Shown: positions 1 to 12,179 of the stretch, in pieces | How the letters are laid out: every line of letters begins with the position of its first letter | How positions within the stretch are numbered: position 1 is the stretch's first letter | Source: Mobula hypostoma | Taxonomy: Eukaryota | DNA: 64,000 nucleotides | Reading direction: 5' to 3' | NCBI RefSeq assembly: GCF_963921235.1 | Contig: NC_086098.1 | Span: forward strand, 1,612,001-1,676,000 | Position numbers and translations under genes: made by a program | Notes under the pieces: generated by a model | What the model was told of the DNA's origin: nothing | Seen by the model: only the letters and a program-made list of their open reading frames with translations | Database searches by the model: none

Positions 1-480
1 GCAGCACTACAGTGCAATAAATAAAAAAAGTACTATAAGTTACAACAAGTCATATAAAAAAGGTAAGTGGTGGAAAAAGAGGAAAATAACGAGGAAGTGT
101 TCATGGACTGTTCAGAAACATGACAGCAGAGGGGAAGAAGCTGTCCACAAAATGTTGAGTGAGTGTCTCCCGGCACTTGTACCTCCTCCCTGATGGTAGC
201 AATAGGAAGACGGCGTGTTCTGGAAGGTGAAGGTCTTTAATGAAGGATACTGCCTTCTTGAAGAATTGTGTTTTGAAGGTGTCTTCCATGCTGGAAAGGC
301 TAGTGCCCATGAAGGAGCGGGCTAAGCTTATAACCCTCTACAGCTGTTTTTTTAAATCCTGTGCATTTCTGCTTCTATGCCAGATAGTGATGAATCCAGT
401 TAGAATTTCTACACATGTAGAAATTTGCAGGAGTCTTTGGTGACACACCAAAGGTTCTCAAAGCCCCAATGAAATATAGC
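1..480 (-). mobile_element. Rex1/Babar-type LINE, decayed 3' fragment
   Basis: ORF 101..310 has the typical C-terminal motif 'LLPSGRRY...DSFFPSAVMFLN', followed by a T-rich 3' UTR. Confidence 0.75.
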
Positions 481-549
481 CAATAGGTCCCCCAGCGTTC
501 ACTGGGCAAAAGACAAATTGCATTGTGTTCAACTGCAGACTGCTGCAAT

Positions 550-756
550 GTTCATGGACTCAGGGACTTGAATTATACTTTTTGTGTGACTGTAGTTCAC
601 TGATGTCTTATATATGCTCGTTATCTTATATGGGCCATATGTGCCTTGTGCTGTGTACTGTTTGTATGTTATTTTGCACTTTGGCCCTGGAAAAACACTG
701 TTCCATTTGGCTGTATTCATGTATGATTGAATGACAATTAAACTTGAACTTGAATT
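550..756 (+). repeat. SINE-like/LINE-tail repeat ending in (CTTGAA)n
   Basis: The same sequence recurs at ~1370-1508 (+) and, inverted, at ~27633-27683 continuing at 30198-30245. Confidence 0.55.
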
Positions 757-982
757 AAATACGTGCTAGTATTTATGTATTTATGAACATATCAGATATT
801 CCATATATGTCCTTTAACCCTCAACTATATTAGCTCTTTAATTTTTTTATTTATATACAATTCATGATCATTATTAGTGTTGTCAGTCATGAGGAAGGTT
901 GTCTAACCATGTGATTTGGGACAGAATGTTGGCAAATGTTCAAAGTTCAAAGTAAATTTTTTATCAAAGTACTTACATGTCA

Positions 983-1044
983 TAGTATGTGAGTCATGGT
1001 AGTCAAAGCTCAAACTGGGCCTGGCACCTGATGATGATGATGAG
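983..1044 (+). mobile_element. Very short RTE-type 3' end with (TGA)n tail, inserted in a minus-strand Rex1-type tail (~940-1580)
   Basis: 10-bp TSD TTACATGTCA at 973-982 and 1045-1054; GATGATGATGA tail. Confidence 0.6.
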
Positions 1045-1792
1045 TTACATGTCACCGTACACAACCCTGAGATTCATTTTCTTGTGGGGTTTCACAGTAA
1101 ATAGAAACAATAGAATCAATAAAAAACACACATGACAGAGGTGGATAAACAACCAAGGTGCATAAGACAGCGAACTGTTTAAGTACAAAAAGAGAATAAT
1201 AAAAAAAAAAGCAATAAATATTGAGAACATAAGTTGTAGAGTCCTTAGATTGTGAAATCAGTTCAGTGTTGAGGTGAGTGAAGTTATCCCCTTTGGTTCA
1301 AACAGCCTGATTGTTGCAGTGTAATACTGTTTTTGAACCTTGTGCATTCATGCACCATCCATCAGCAGGCCATGAAACTCAGGGACTTGGGCTATATTAT
1401 TATTTTTGATATTATATTTGGTACTGTGGTTTGCACTTTGGCCCCAGTGGGGTGCTGTTTTGTTTGGCTGTATTCATGTGTATGGTTGAATGACAATTAA
1501 AGTTGAACAACTCCTGAACCTGGTAGTGGGGACTTCAGGCTCCTGTACCTCCTTCCCGATGGCAGCAGTGAGAAGACAGCAAGGAATTAAATGCAATTTA
1601 ATTCTGGCAAGTACTACTTAGTGTACCTTGTAAAGTCAAACAGAGGAAGGATTGATAATGTATATGGTGAGGTTTTAAAGCATATTGATTAATAGAGGGG
1701 CTTTGAAAATGACAACACATTGAAAGTGAAGCGTAAAGAAGGCATATGATATGCATAGGTCCAGGCAAAGAATATAAAATTCACAATGTTTT

Positions 1793-2853
1793 TTGTGGAC
1801 TTGTTTCTTTGTATAAACCCATTGGGTAAAAGTCTAATATCTACTATTCGTGATAAATTAGCGACCTTGAGGCGTGCCCCCTTTGATAAAATTAGAACTG
1901 CCTGGGAGCATGATTTAAATATTTCTCTGTCCAACGAGGTTTGGGATTCAATTCTTAACTCAGTTAACTCAAACCCTTTATGTGCTCACTACTGCCTTTT
2001 GCAGTTCCAGGTTATACACAGGGCTCGTATGTCTAAAGCCAAATTATCGCGGTTCTATTCTGATATTAGTCCCTTTTGTGACAAGTGTGTAGTGGGTGAG
2101 GCTTCTCTTATCCACATGTATTGGGCTTGTCTCAGTTTGGAGAAATTTTGGAGAGATGGCTTTTTATCTTTATCCCATATCCTTAATTGCCATTTAGAAC
2201 CTAACCCTTTGATTGCTCTTTTTGGCATTTTAGGTGAAGTTGACATGCATTTGAGTCCGACTAAATGGCGAACATTGTCTTTTGCCTCTCTTTTGGCTAG
2301 ATGTTTGGTTCTTCTTAGTGGAGAGATGTTGCTCCACCCACTCATGTTCAATGGCTTAGAGACATTATGCCCTGCTTAGACCTTGAAAACAGTCATTATT
2401 CACTTCTTAATTCGGACATAAGGTTCCATAAGGTGTGCGGACCTTTTCTTGATTATTTTCATAACTCCTCTTTAGATTAAAGGTTTATCTTCCTTTTTCT
2501 TTCAGTGATTTAGTCCCTTACATCTAGCTTTCTTTTCTGGTTAATTTATATGTCTTTTTATATAATGTGAAATATATTATAGTTTAGGTAGTAGGCAATA
2601 CACTTTTGTTATATTCACAGCTCTGTGGCGACAAAAGCTCTGATTAACTTTTCTTTATATCATAATGGTTGGCTTGGAGTGCGTAGTGGGAGGGTAGGGT
2701 GGGAACTAACTTTATATGATTTTATTTTGGGTGATTTTTCTTTACTGTTATCAATTGTACATCAGACACGTTGGTTTTGCACTGTATAAATCTCCTTTTT
2801 TTGGTGTTTTTTTTGTTCCAATGTGGAAATACATAAAAAAATTAATAAAAAAA
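1793..2853 (+). mobile_element. 5'-truncated L1-clade LINE (ORF2 C-terminal zinc knuckle, T-rich 3' UTR, poly-A)
   Basis: ORF 1786..2379 contains 'CDKC...LIHMYWAC'. AATAAA and an A-tail lie at ~2835-2853. TSD ACAATGTTTT at 1783-1792 and 2854-2863. It interrupts a CR1 RT remnant (KEYKIHNV|LMQLYKTLVRPH). Confidence 0.9.
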
Positions 2854-2959
2854 ACAATGTTTTGATGCAACTTTACAAAACACTGGTGAGACCACACATA
2901 GAGTATTCTGTGCATTTCTGGTCAACATATTGGATAGATTTAAATTTTGATTTTTAATT

Positions 2960-3215
2960 TAGCTTTATTTTCACATGTACATTGAGACATCAAACCTACA
3001 GTGAAAGGTACCACTTGCGACAATGACTAACACAGTCTGAGGATGTGCTGGGGACAGCGTGCAAGTGGCACCAGTTGTACAGTGCCAACAAGCACGCTCA
3101 CAACTCACTGACCATCAGACCAATTCATCTCCTCAGACTGTGAGAGGAAACCTACATGGTCACGGTGAGAGCAAACAAGCTCCTAACAGACAGCAGCAGG
3201 AACTGGATCCTGATC
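2960..3215 (-). mobile_element. Decayed tRNA-derived V-SINE (HE1-like)
   Basis: Reverse complement resembles the V-domain and matches the better-preserved copy at ~20485-20800. Confidence 0.6.
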
Positions 3216-3294
3216 AATTCCAGTAATCAGTTCTAACTTCAAAGTTCAAACATTTCTTAATGTTACATTTTTAAGGTTAATATATATATGTATA

Positions 3295-3630
3295 ATTAAG
3301 AAATCTGATGGTGGAGGAGAAGAACCTGTTGTGGAAGCATTGAGTGTGTGCCTTCAGGCTCTCGTACCTTCTCCCTCATGGTAGCATTGAGAATAAGGTA
3401 TGTCCTGGGTGATGGAGATACCTAATTGTGGACACCGCCTTTTTGAAGCATTACCATTTGAAGGTGTCCATGATGCTGGGGAGATTAGTGCCCATGGTGG
3501 AGCTGACTGTGTTTGCAACTTTCTGCATCTTTTTCCAATCCTGTGCAGCAGCTATCCTCTCCATCCCCACCCCAACTCTTACCAGATGGTGATGCAACCA
3601 GCTAGAATGTTCTCCACGGTACATCTGTGA
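3295..3630 (-). mobile_element. Rex1/Babar LINE 3' fragment
   Basis: ORF 3451..3666 'AQDWKKMQKVANTVSSTMGTNLPSI'; homologous to 1-480. Confidence 0.7.
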
Positions 3631-4232
3631 AAAGATCTCCACTGTATTTGCCCCTAGCACCACCATGACAGGGTGTTCAATGCACTCACCACTCTCCGTT
3701 TATCCAATCTTACTGATATTGCTGGAATAAACAGGTGACAATGAAATTGATGCATTTGCCACATTAACTCATTCATCACAAGTTAATAATTGTATCCAGT
3801 TATTTTATCTTTGAGATATATTCATTAGCATCTGCACCAATTATTTATCTTACTGTGAGGTCTATTGGAAATCACATGCAATGGTCATTTCTTCTATTCA
3901 CTGTGGACAGAAAAGTATATAATTTCTGTCAGAAAACTGCGTGATGTGGACATTAAGTGATTGTGACCTATCATCTGTGTAACCTTATAATTGTGAACAT
4001 TCTGAAAGTGAACATCGCCATTTTTATTTGTGCTGTATTGTTAGACCAGCCGATGGCTTTGGAACTTCACAAGGAGATGTTGGCTCCATTATACAGGATG
4101 AGGTTTTGAGGTACCCGGAGGCATATGATAACACAAGCCAAAGTCAGCCTGGTGTCCTTCAGGGAAAGTATTGCCTAACAAATGATTTGGAATTCCTTGA
4201 GGAAATAACAAGCAGGATAGACAAAGATGATT

Positions 4233-4740
4233 CATAGAAACATAGAAACATAGAAAATAGGTGCAGGAGTAGGCCATTCGGCCCCTCGAGCCTGCACCGC
4301 CATTTATTATGATCATGGCTGATCATCCAACTCAGAACCCAGCCTTCCCTCCATACCCCCTGACCCCTGTAGCCACAAGGGCCATATCTAACTCCCTCTT
4401 AAACATAGCCAATGAACTGGCCTCAACAGTTTGCTGTGGCAGAGAATTCCACAGATTCACCACTCTCTGTGTGAAGAAGTTTTTCCTAATCTCGGTCCTA
4501 AAAGGCTTCCCCTCTATCCTCAAACTGTGACCCCTCGTTCTGGACCTCCCCAACATCGGGAACAATCTTCCCGCATCTAGCCTGTCCAATCCCTTTAGGA
4601 TCTTATACGTTTCAATCAGATCCCCCCTCAATCTTCTAAATTCCAACGAGTACAAGCCCAGTTCATCCAGTCTTTCTTCATATGAAAGACCTGCCATCCC
4701 AGGAATCAATCTGGTGAACCTTCTTTGTACTCCCTCTATG
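4233..4740 (-). mobile_element. Young CR1 LINE 3' end (subfamily A, (TTCTATGT)n tail)
   Basis: ORF 4332..4709 is nearly identical to the C-terminus of ORF 21785..23143; (CATAGAAA)n tail on + strand. Confidence 0.95.
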
Positions 4741-5123
4741 GTGGATTAGGACTGCTTCTTCTCACATTATATATCAATGATTTGGATGAATTAATTGAAG
4801 GCTTTGTGGCCAAATTTGCAGATGATATGAAGGTAGGCAGAGGGGTAGGTTGAGGAAGCAGGGAGTCTGCAGAAGGACTTAGACAGACTGGGGAGTGGGC
4901 AAAGAAGTGGCAGATGAATTATAGTGTTGGAAAGTAAATGCTCATGCACTTTGGTAGAAGAATAAAGGCATAGATTATTTTCCAAATGGAGAGAAAATTC
5001 AAAAATCAGAAATGCCAAGGGATGCATGATTTGCTAAAGATTAACTTGCAGGTTGAGTCGGTGGTGGTAAGGAAGGCAAATACAATGTTAGCGTTCCTTT
5101 GCAGAGCTCTGGAATATATGAGT

Positions 5124-5546
5124 CCATCCGTTATTTATTTATCGTTTATTATTACTAGTATTTTTTTCTTTCTCTCCTTTTTCTCCCTCTGTCCCTCTCA
5201 CTATACTCCTTGTCCATCCTCTGGGATCCCTCCCCCTTTCTTTCTCCCTAGGCCTCCCGCTGTCCCACGATCCTCTCATATCCCTTTTGCCAATCAACTT
5301 TCTAGCTCTTAGCTCCATCCCTTCCCCCCAACTCCCCGTCTTCTCCTATAATTTCGGATCTCCTCCTCCCCCCTCCCACTTTCAAATCTCTTACTATCTC
5401 TTCTTTCAGTTATTCCTGATGAAGGGTCTCGACCCAAAATGTCGACCATACCGTTTCCTATAGATGCTGCCTGGCCTGCTGCGTTCACCAGCAATTTTTA
5501 CATGTGTTGCTTGAAATTCCAACATCTGCAGATTTCCTCGTGTTTG
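5124..5546 (+). mobile_element. Penelope 3' pLTR fragment with decayed minimal hammerhead
   Basis: Homologous to 34715-35086. CTGATGA at 5416-5422, but GAAAC is mutated to AAAAT. Confidence 0.85.
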
Positions 5547-6224
5547 AGGCTTTTTAAGGCATTGGTCAAACTGCTCTTGAGCAATCTTGAGTATTGTGAG
5601 CAATTTTTGGCCCCTTATCTAAGAAATAATGTTTTGACATTGGAGAGGACCCAGGGGAAGATCACGGGAATGACTCTGGGAATGAAAGGGTTAACATATG
5701 AGGAGTGTTTCATGGTTCTGGGCCTGTAATAGCTAGAGTTTAGAAGAATGAGGCAAACCTCATTGTAACCTATCAAATATTAAGAGGTCCAGATAGAGTG
5801 GATGGAGGAAGGATGTTTCCTGTGGTGGGTGAGTCTTGGACAAGGCGGTACAACCTCAGACTATAGGGACATCCATTTAAAATAGAGATGAGGAGTAATT
5901 TCTTCAGCCAGAGGGTGGTGAATCAGTGGAATTCTCTGCCATGGACCACTGTAGAGGCCAGGTCATTAGGTGTATTTAAAGTGGGTGCTGATAGGTTCTT
6001 GATTAGTCAGGGTGAGATATGTTACAAAGAGAAGGAAGGAGATTGGGGTTGAGAGGGAAAATGGATCAGCCATGATGAAATTCAGCGTTAATAAGATGAA
6101 GCTTAATTATGAGTATTCTTCTCCCATAATACCACTAAAACGGAGCAACAGCAATAGCATTTCAAATGATATGTTGTTTCACATGGAAAATAAATATTTT
6201 ATAAGTTATGCTCATGGTGTTAAT

Positions 6225-7915
6225 GTGAGCTAATCCATGGCTAAAGAATTGGTACACGGGGCATGGCTTCAGATTTCTGGATCATTGGAATCTGGGAAAG
6301 GTGTGACCTGTATAAAGGGGACAGGTTACATCTGAACCCAAGGGGGTGTACTAGTCGGTTGACTTGCTGGAGTTGTTGGGGAAGATTTAAATTAATTTGT
6401 GAATCTATGGAATTCATTGCCAGGGGCAGCAGTGGAGGCCAAGGGAGAAGGTGTATAGGAAACTGAAGCTGAAAGATCTGAATGTAGATAAGGCAACTGG
6501 ACGAGATGGAGTACATCCCAGGGTTCTGAAAGAGATAGCTGAAGAGATTGTGGAGGCATTAGTAATGATCTTTAAAGAATCACTAGATTCTAGCATTGTC
6601 CCAGCTGGAAAATTATAAATGTCACTCCACTCTTCAAGAAAGGAGTGAAGCAGAAGAGAGGAAATTATTTGCTAGTTAGTCTGACCTCAGTAGTTAGGAA
6701 GATGTTGGAGTTGATTGTCAAGTATAAAGTCTCAGAGTACATGATAAAATTGGCCGAAGTCAGCATGGTTTCCTAAAGGGAACATCTTGCCTGGCACATC
6801 CTTTGCAATTGTTTGAAGAAATAATAAGCAGGAGACAGAGAGGAGAATTGGTGGATATTGTGTACTTGGATTTTCTGAAGGCCTTTGACAAGATGTCACA
6901 CATGAGGCTGCTTATCAAGCTACAAGCCCAGAATATTACAGGAAATCAGAGCATTGGATGATTGGCAGGGTACAAAGAGTGGGAATAAAGAGAGCCTTTT
7001 CCGATTGGGCAGGGGTTGGTGTGGGGACCGCTTCTTTTTAATTTATGATTTAGAAGATGGAATTGATGGCTTTGTAGATAAGTCTGTGGATGATATGAAG
7101 ATTAGTGAAGGGGCAGGTAGTATCGAGGAAGTAGGAAGGCCACAGAAGGCTTATAAAAGATTAGGAGAATGGGCAAAGAAGTGGTAGATAGGATACAGTG
7201 CCAGGAAGTGTATGGTCATGCATTCTGGTAGAAGAAATGAAAGGGTTGACTATTTTCTAAACAGGGAGAAAACTCAAAAATCTAAGGTGCAGTGGCCTAG
7301 GGAGTCCTTGTGCAGGATTCCCAAAAGGTTCATTTACAGGGTGAGGAAGGCAAATGCAATGTTAAGGCACTGGTGAGATCTCACATGGAGTATTGTGAGT
7401 GGTTTTCGGCCCCTTACCTAAGAAAGGTTGTGCTAACATAGAAACATAGAAGAACTACAGCACAATACAGGCCCTTCAGCCCACAATGCTGTGCTGTACA
7501 TGCATTTTCTTTAGAGATTACCTAGGGTTACCCATAGCCCTCTATTTTTCTAAGCTACCAGTAGTCTCTTAAAAGACCCTTTTGTATCCGCCTCCACCAC
7601 CGTCGCCGGCAGCCCATTCCACGCACTCACCACTCTCTGTGTAAAAAACTTAGCCCTGACATCTCCTCTGTACCTACTTCCAAGCACCTTAAAAATGTGC
7701 CCTCTCGTGCTAGTCATTTCAGCCCTAGGAAAAAGCCTCTGACTATCCACACAACCAATGCCTAACATTGAAGAGGTCTTGGAAAAGGTTCACAAGAATG
7801 ACTCTGGAAATTAAAGGTTATCGCATGAGGAGCTTTTGATGTCTCTGGGCCTGTACTCACTTGAATTTAAGAGAATGAGGAGGGATCTCATTGAAACCTA
7901 TCAAATGTTGACAAA
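6225..7915 (+). mobile_element. Decayed CR1 pieces (ORF1 esterase end ~6225-6395; RT ~6445-7915)
   Basis: 'DLYKGDRLHLNPRG' in ORF 6263..6466; degenerate RT motifs downstream. Confidence 0.8.
7440..7761 (-). mobile_element. CR1 3' fragment nested in an older CR1
   Basis: ORF 7550..7768 'FFTQRVVSAWNGLP'; TSD CTAACAT at 7433-7439 and 7762-7768. Confidence 0.9.
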
Positions 7916-8190
7916 ACTGACATATCACTGACATAAGATATGATATTTCTTGCTTTGTATTGCAGCAGGAGAACATTGCAATGCATAAAGTACTATAAAT
8001 TACAAAAAGAATTGTATGTAAAATATAAATGAAATAAGTAGAGCAAAAATAGTGAGGTAGAGTCCATGTGTTGGTTCAGTGTCCATTCAGAAATCTGATG
8101 ACAGTTACGTTCTGGATCTCACATGTACTGAAATATAGTGAAAACTTTTGTTCACATTCCATTGAAGCAGATCATTCCATACAGTACACA

Positions 8191-8720
8191 CACTCAGTGA
8201 TCACTCTATTTGCTACCCCCTGTACCTAATAAAGTAGCTACTGAGTGTACGTTCATGGTCTTTTGCTGTTGTAGCCCCTCCACTTTAAGGTTTGATGTGC
8301 TGTGTGTTCAGAGTTGCTCTTCTGCACACCACTATTGTAACACATGATTATTTGAATTACTGTTACTTTCCTATCCTGACATTCTCCTCTGACCCTGACC
8401 TCTGACCAACAGAACAGACAATCACTGGATGTTTTTGTTTCACACCATTCTCTGTAAACTCTAGAGACTGTTGTGCATGAAAACCCCAGGAGATCAGCAG
8501 TTTATGGGGTACTCAAACCACCCCATCTGGCACCAATAATTATTCCATGGCCAAAGTCACTTAGAACACATTTTGTTCCTTACTGATGTTTGGTCTGAAC
8601 AACAACTGAACCCCTTGACCATGTCTGCATGCTTTTATGCATTGAGTTAATGCCACATGATTGGCTGATTAGATATATCCATTAATGAGTATGTGTTCAG
8701 GTGTAAATGGCCACTGAGTG
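8191..8720 (-). mobile_element. Non-autonomous Tc1-like DNA transposon
   Basis: TIRs CACTCAGTG...CACTGAGTG followed by TA, with an internal TIR copy; homologous to 57170-57612, which encodes a Tc1 HTH remnant. Confidence 0.8.
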
Positions 8721-8855
8721 TAAATAGATCAAGGTACTTAAAAGAAAGCAAGAATGTTGAATATTGTGTTTCAGCCACAGAGAATATGCATTGCAGATAA
8801 AGAAAAGGAGTGCAAGGGCCTCTTTGAATCAGACCCAGGCAATGAACAAACGACG

Positions 8856-11800
8856 ATGAGGAAGCAGTGTGCATGTGGCAAAATCTGCAAGAACGATCGC
8901 GGCTTGAAGATCCACCAAGCGAGGATGAAGTGTTTGGTGGGAGCAGGAGCAGCACAACGCGCAGGTGTCCAACCTGGTGAGACGAAGGAGGGGCCAGGCC
9001 CGGAGTCACCCCATAGTGCCCGGAACCTCCAAGTGTTGCAAACTAATCCCTCAAACATGAAGTCTAACAGGAGGCGGATCGAATGGCCTGCAGCTAACAT
9101 GACTTCACTGTGGAAGCAGTTTGATGAAGATGTTAACCAAACTCTGGAGGCAACGGCGAAGGGAGGGGTTGATAGGAAGCTGCAAGCCATGACAACAATT
9201 ATTGTCAGTATCGCAGCTGAACGGTCTGGAGAAGAGGAGAAGGAAGGCTCCAAAACATCTTACTCGAAGAACCAAAGAGCATTGAGGATCCACAACATCA
9301 GGCAGGAGATGAAAGTGCTGAAGTCCCAGTACAAGGAGGCAGGAAAGGAGGAGCACATTGGCTTGGCCCAGCTGATGTGCATACTACGAAAGAAGATCAG
9401 GGTCCTCCGCCGGGCAGAGTGGGATCGGAGGCGGCGTCGTGAAAGGGCTCGAAGACGTGCTGCCTTTATCGCCAACCCCTTCAAATTGACCAAGGAGTTG
9501 CTGGGGGTAAAGCGCAGTGGGAAACTGGCTTGTTCGCAGGAAGACATAGACCAACATCCGAAGAAGATATATAATGATCCTGAAAGAGAGCAGGAGTTGG
9601 GGGAGTGCGACATCCTAATAGACCCACCTGAACCGGATGTGCAGTTCGACATGTCAGAGCTGCAACTAAAGGAAGTCAGAGAGGTCATCCGCAAAGCAAG
9701 GGCAAGGTCGGCTCCAGGACCAAGCAACACCTCGTACAAAGTGTACAAGAACTGCCCCAAACTCCTGCTGCGTCTGTGGAAGATCCTGAGAGTCTTCTGG
9801 AGAAGGGGGAAGATCCCAGAACAGTGGAGAGTGGCTGAAGGGGTGTGGATCCCGAAGGAGGAAAATGCCACCCAGATAGATCAGTTTCACATCATCTCCC
9901 TGCTGTGTGTTGAGGCGAAGATCTTCTTCAGTGCAGTTTCCAACCAGCTGTGCACCTACCTAGCAAAGAACACCTATATTGATACATCAGTCCAGAAGGG
10001 TGGCATTTCAGGGATGCCGGGCTGTCTGGAGCACATTGGTGTGGTGACACAGCTCATCAGGGAGGCCAGAGAGAACAAGGGCAACCTGTCAGTGTTGTGG
10101 CTCGACCTGGCAAATGCATATGGCTCCATTCCGCACAAGCTGGTGCAGTTCACACTGACCAAATATCACGTCCCCAGCAGAATCAGAGACCTTATTGCTG
10201 ATTATTACAGCAACTTCAGGATGAGGGTCTCTTCAGGAGCAATTACATCAAGCTGGCACAAGGTGGAGATCGGCATCATCACAGGGTGCACTATCTCAGT
10301 GACACTGTTTTCCCCAGCCATGAACATGCTCCTAAGTCTGCTGAACCAGAGTGCAGAGGGCCCAGAATGAATTCCGCTCAATGGCAACCACCTATCAGGG
10401 CATTCATGGATGACCTCACAGTCACCACAGAATCAGTCCCAGGCTGCCGGAGGATTCTGCAAGGGCTCGAAAAGCTGGTGGAGTGGGCCCGGATGTGTTT
10501 CAAACCTGCCAAATCAAGATCGATGGTGCTGAGGAAAGGGAAGGTGGAGAACAAGTTCCGGTTCAGCATCGCAGGCACAGCCATCCCAACCATCACAGAA
10601 AAGCCAGTCAAGAGCTTAGGCAAAGTTTTTGACAGCTCTTTAAGGGACACAACATCCGTTCAGGCGACCTGCACCGAGTTGGATGGCTGGCTGAAATCTG
10701 TGGACAAGTTTGGCCTACCTGGGAAGTTTAAAGCCTGGGTGTATCAGCATGGCATTCTGCCCAGAATCCTGTGGCCCCTCCTCGTCTATGCAGTTCCGAT
10801 CTCAACAGTCGAAACCTTAGAGAGGAGGGTTAGCAACCACCTCAGGAGATGGCTGGGGCTGCCAAAGAGCCTGAGCAGCATCGCACTCTATGGACACCAC
10901 AACAAACTGCAACTGCCCTTCAAATCCTTGGAGGAAGAATTCAAGGTAACAAGAGCCAGAGAGGTGCTACAGTATAGGGACTCAAGTGACCCGAAGGTGG
11001 CTAGAGCAGGGATCCAAGTAAGTACTGGCAGGAAGTGGAGGGCAGAGGAAGCTGTTCAGGAAGCAGAGGCGAGGCTGCGTCACAGGAGGCTGGTGAGAGT
11101 GGTCACACAAGGTCGAGCTGGGCTAGGATCCTTTCCAACTCCCCAACTGGACACCAGAGGGAAGGAAAGGCGTCGTCTAGTTCAGGAGGAGGGGAGAGCA
11201 GTAGTGGAGGAGATGAGAGCCTGCAAGGCGGTGGGAATGAAGCAACAGTGAGCTTGGACAAGATGGGAGAATGCGGTTGAGAGGAAAGTGACCTGGGCTG
11301 ATCTTTGGAAAGCCGAACCACACCGCATCCAATTTCTCATCCAGGCAGTGTACAATGTGCTTCCAAGCCCATCAAACCTGCACACATGGGGCAAGGCAGA
11401 GTCATCTGCGTGCCCACTGTGCTCCAAGCGAGGAACCCTGGAGCACATCCTCAGCGACTGTGCAAGGGCACTTGGTGAGGGACGGTACAGGTGGAGGCAT
11501 GATCAGGTCCTGAAGACCATCGCTGAAGCCGTCAGCGCAGGAGTTGAGTGGGCGAAGCGTTCCCGACCCTCCAAGCAGACCATTGCCTTTGTCAGAGCTG
11601 GGGAGCAGCCAGTACCTGCCAAAAGAACATCGGCAGACAATCTGACCTCTGCAAGGGACTGGCAGCTGTTGGTGGACCTCGAAGGGCAGCTGAAGTTCCC
11701 CAACCATATCGCAGCCACCACCCTGTGACCCTAGTGTCTGAGTCTACTAAGCAAGTGGTGCTGCTGGAGCTGACAGTCCCATGGGAAGATAGCTTGGAGA

Positions 11801-12054
11801 AGGCCTTTGAAAGGAAGCTCTCCAAGTACGCAGGACTGGTCAGCAACTGTCAGCAGGCTGGATGGAGAGCGAGGTGTCTCCCAGTGGAGGTTGGTTGTAG
11901 GGGATTCGTAGCCTGTTCCTTAGTTCGAGCCTTCAGCATTTTGGGCATCGAGGGAGAGAGGAAGAGGAGAGCCATCCGCAGTACCACCGATGCGGCGGAG
12001 AGGGCCTCAAGATGGCTGTGGCTCAAAAGAGGGGAGCCATGGAGTCATAAGTAG
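8856..12054 (+). pseudogene. ZnF-RT-CCHC-RLE polyprotein pseudogene
   Basis: Spread over ORFs 8754..10370, 10286..11251, 11288..11728 and 11548..12054. Frameshift near 10320-10370, stop at 11249-11251, and a frameshifting deletion near 11725 where the (R)PD motif is expected. Confidence 0.88.
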
Positions 12055-12061
12055 CTAGCCA

Positions 12062-12179
12062 TCTGGACACAAGCTGGGGTCTGATCAGCCCCGGCTGGGT
12101 CACCTGGAGGAGGTTGTATGATGTTGAAAGACCCGAAACACCCGATGATTCCAGGAACATCACTGAAGATGTGTCCAGA
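12062..12179 (+). ncRNA. Candidate non-circularly permuted hammerhead ribozyme in the HERO 3' UTR
   Basis: GTA cleavage triplet 12116-12118, GAAA 12135-12138, CTGAAGA 12163-12169. Stem I TGATGTT/AACATCA, stem II GGGTC/GACCC, stem III GGTTG/CACCC, plus three extra helices. Confidence 0.7.

Larger units (their letters stand above)
4070..6085 (+). mobile_element. Old CR1 LINE (RT to 3' UTR), split by a younger CR1 and a Penelope fragment
   Basis: Decayed SQHGF/KFADD/LEYC.QFW motifs continue across the insertions at 4233-4740 and 5124-5546. Confidence 0.85.

Noticed and set aside
8771..9871. Long antisense ORFs (160 and 203 aa) and similar shadows such as 18133..18897 and 19227..19826
   Set aside because: They lie opposite retrotransposon ORFs and have no recognisable domains.
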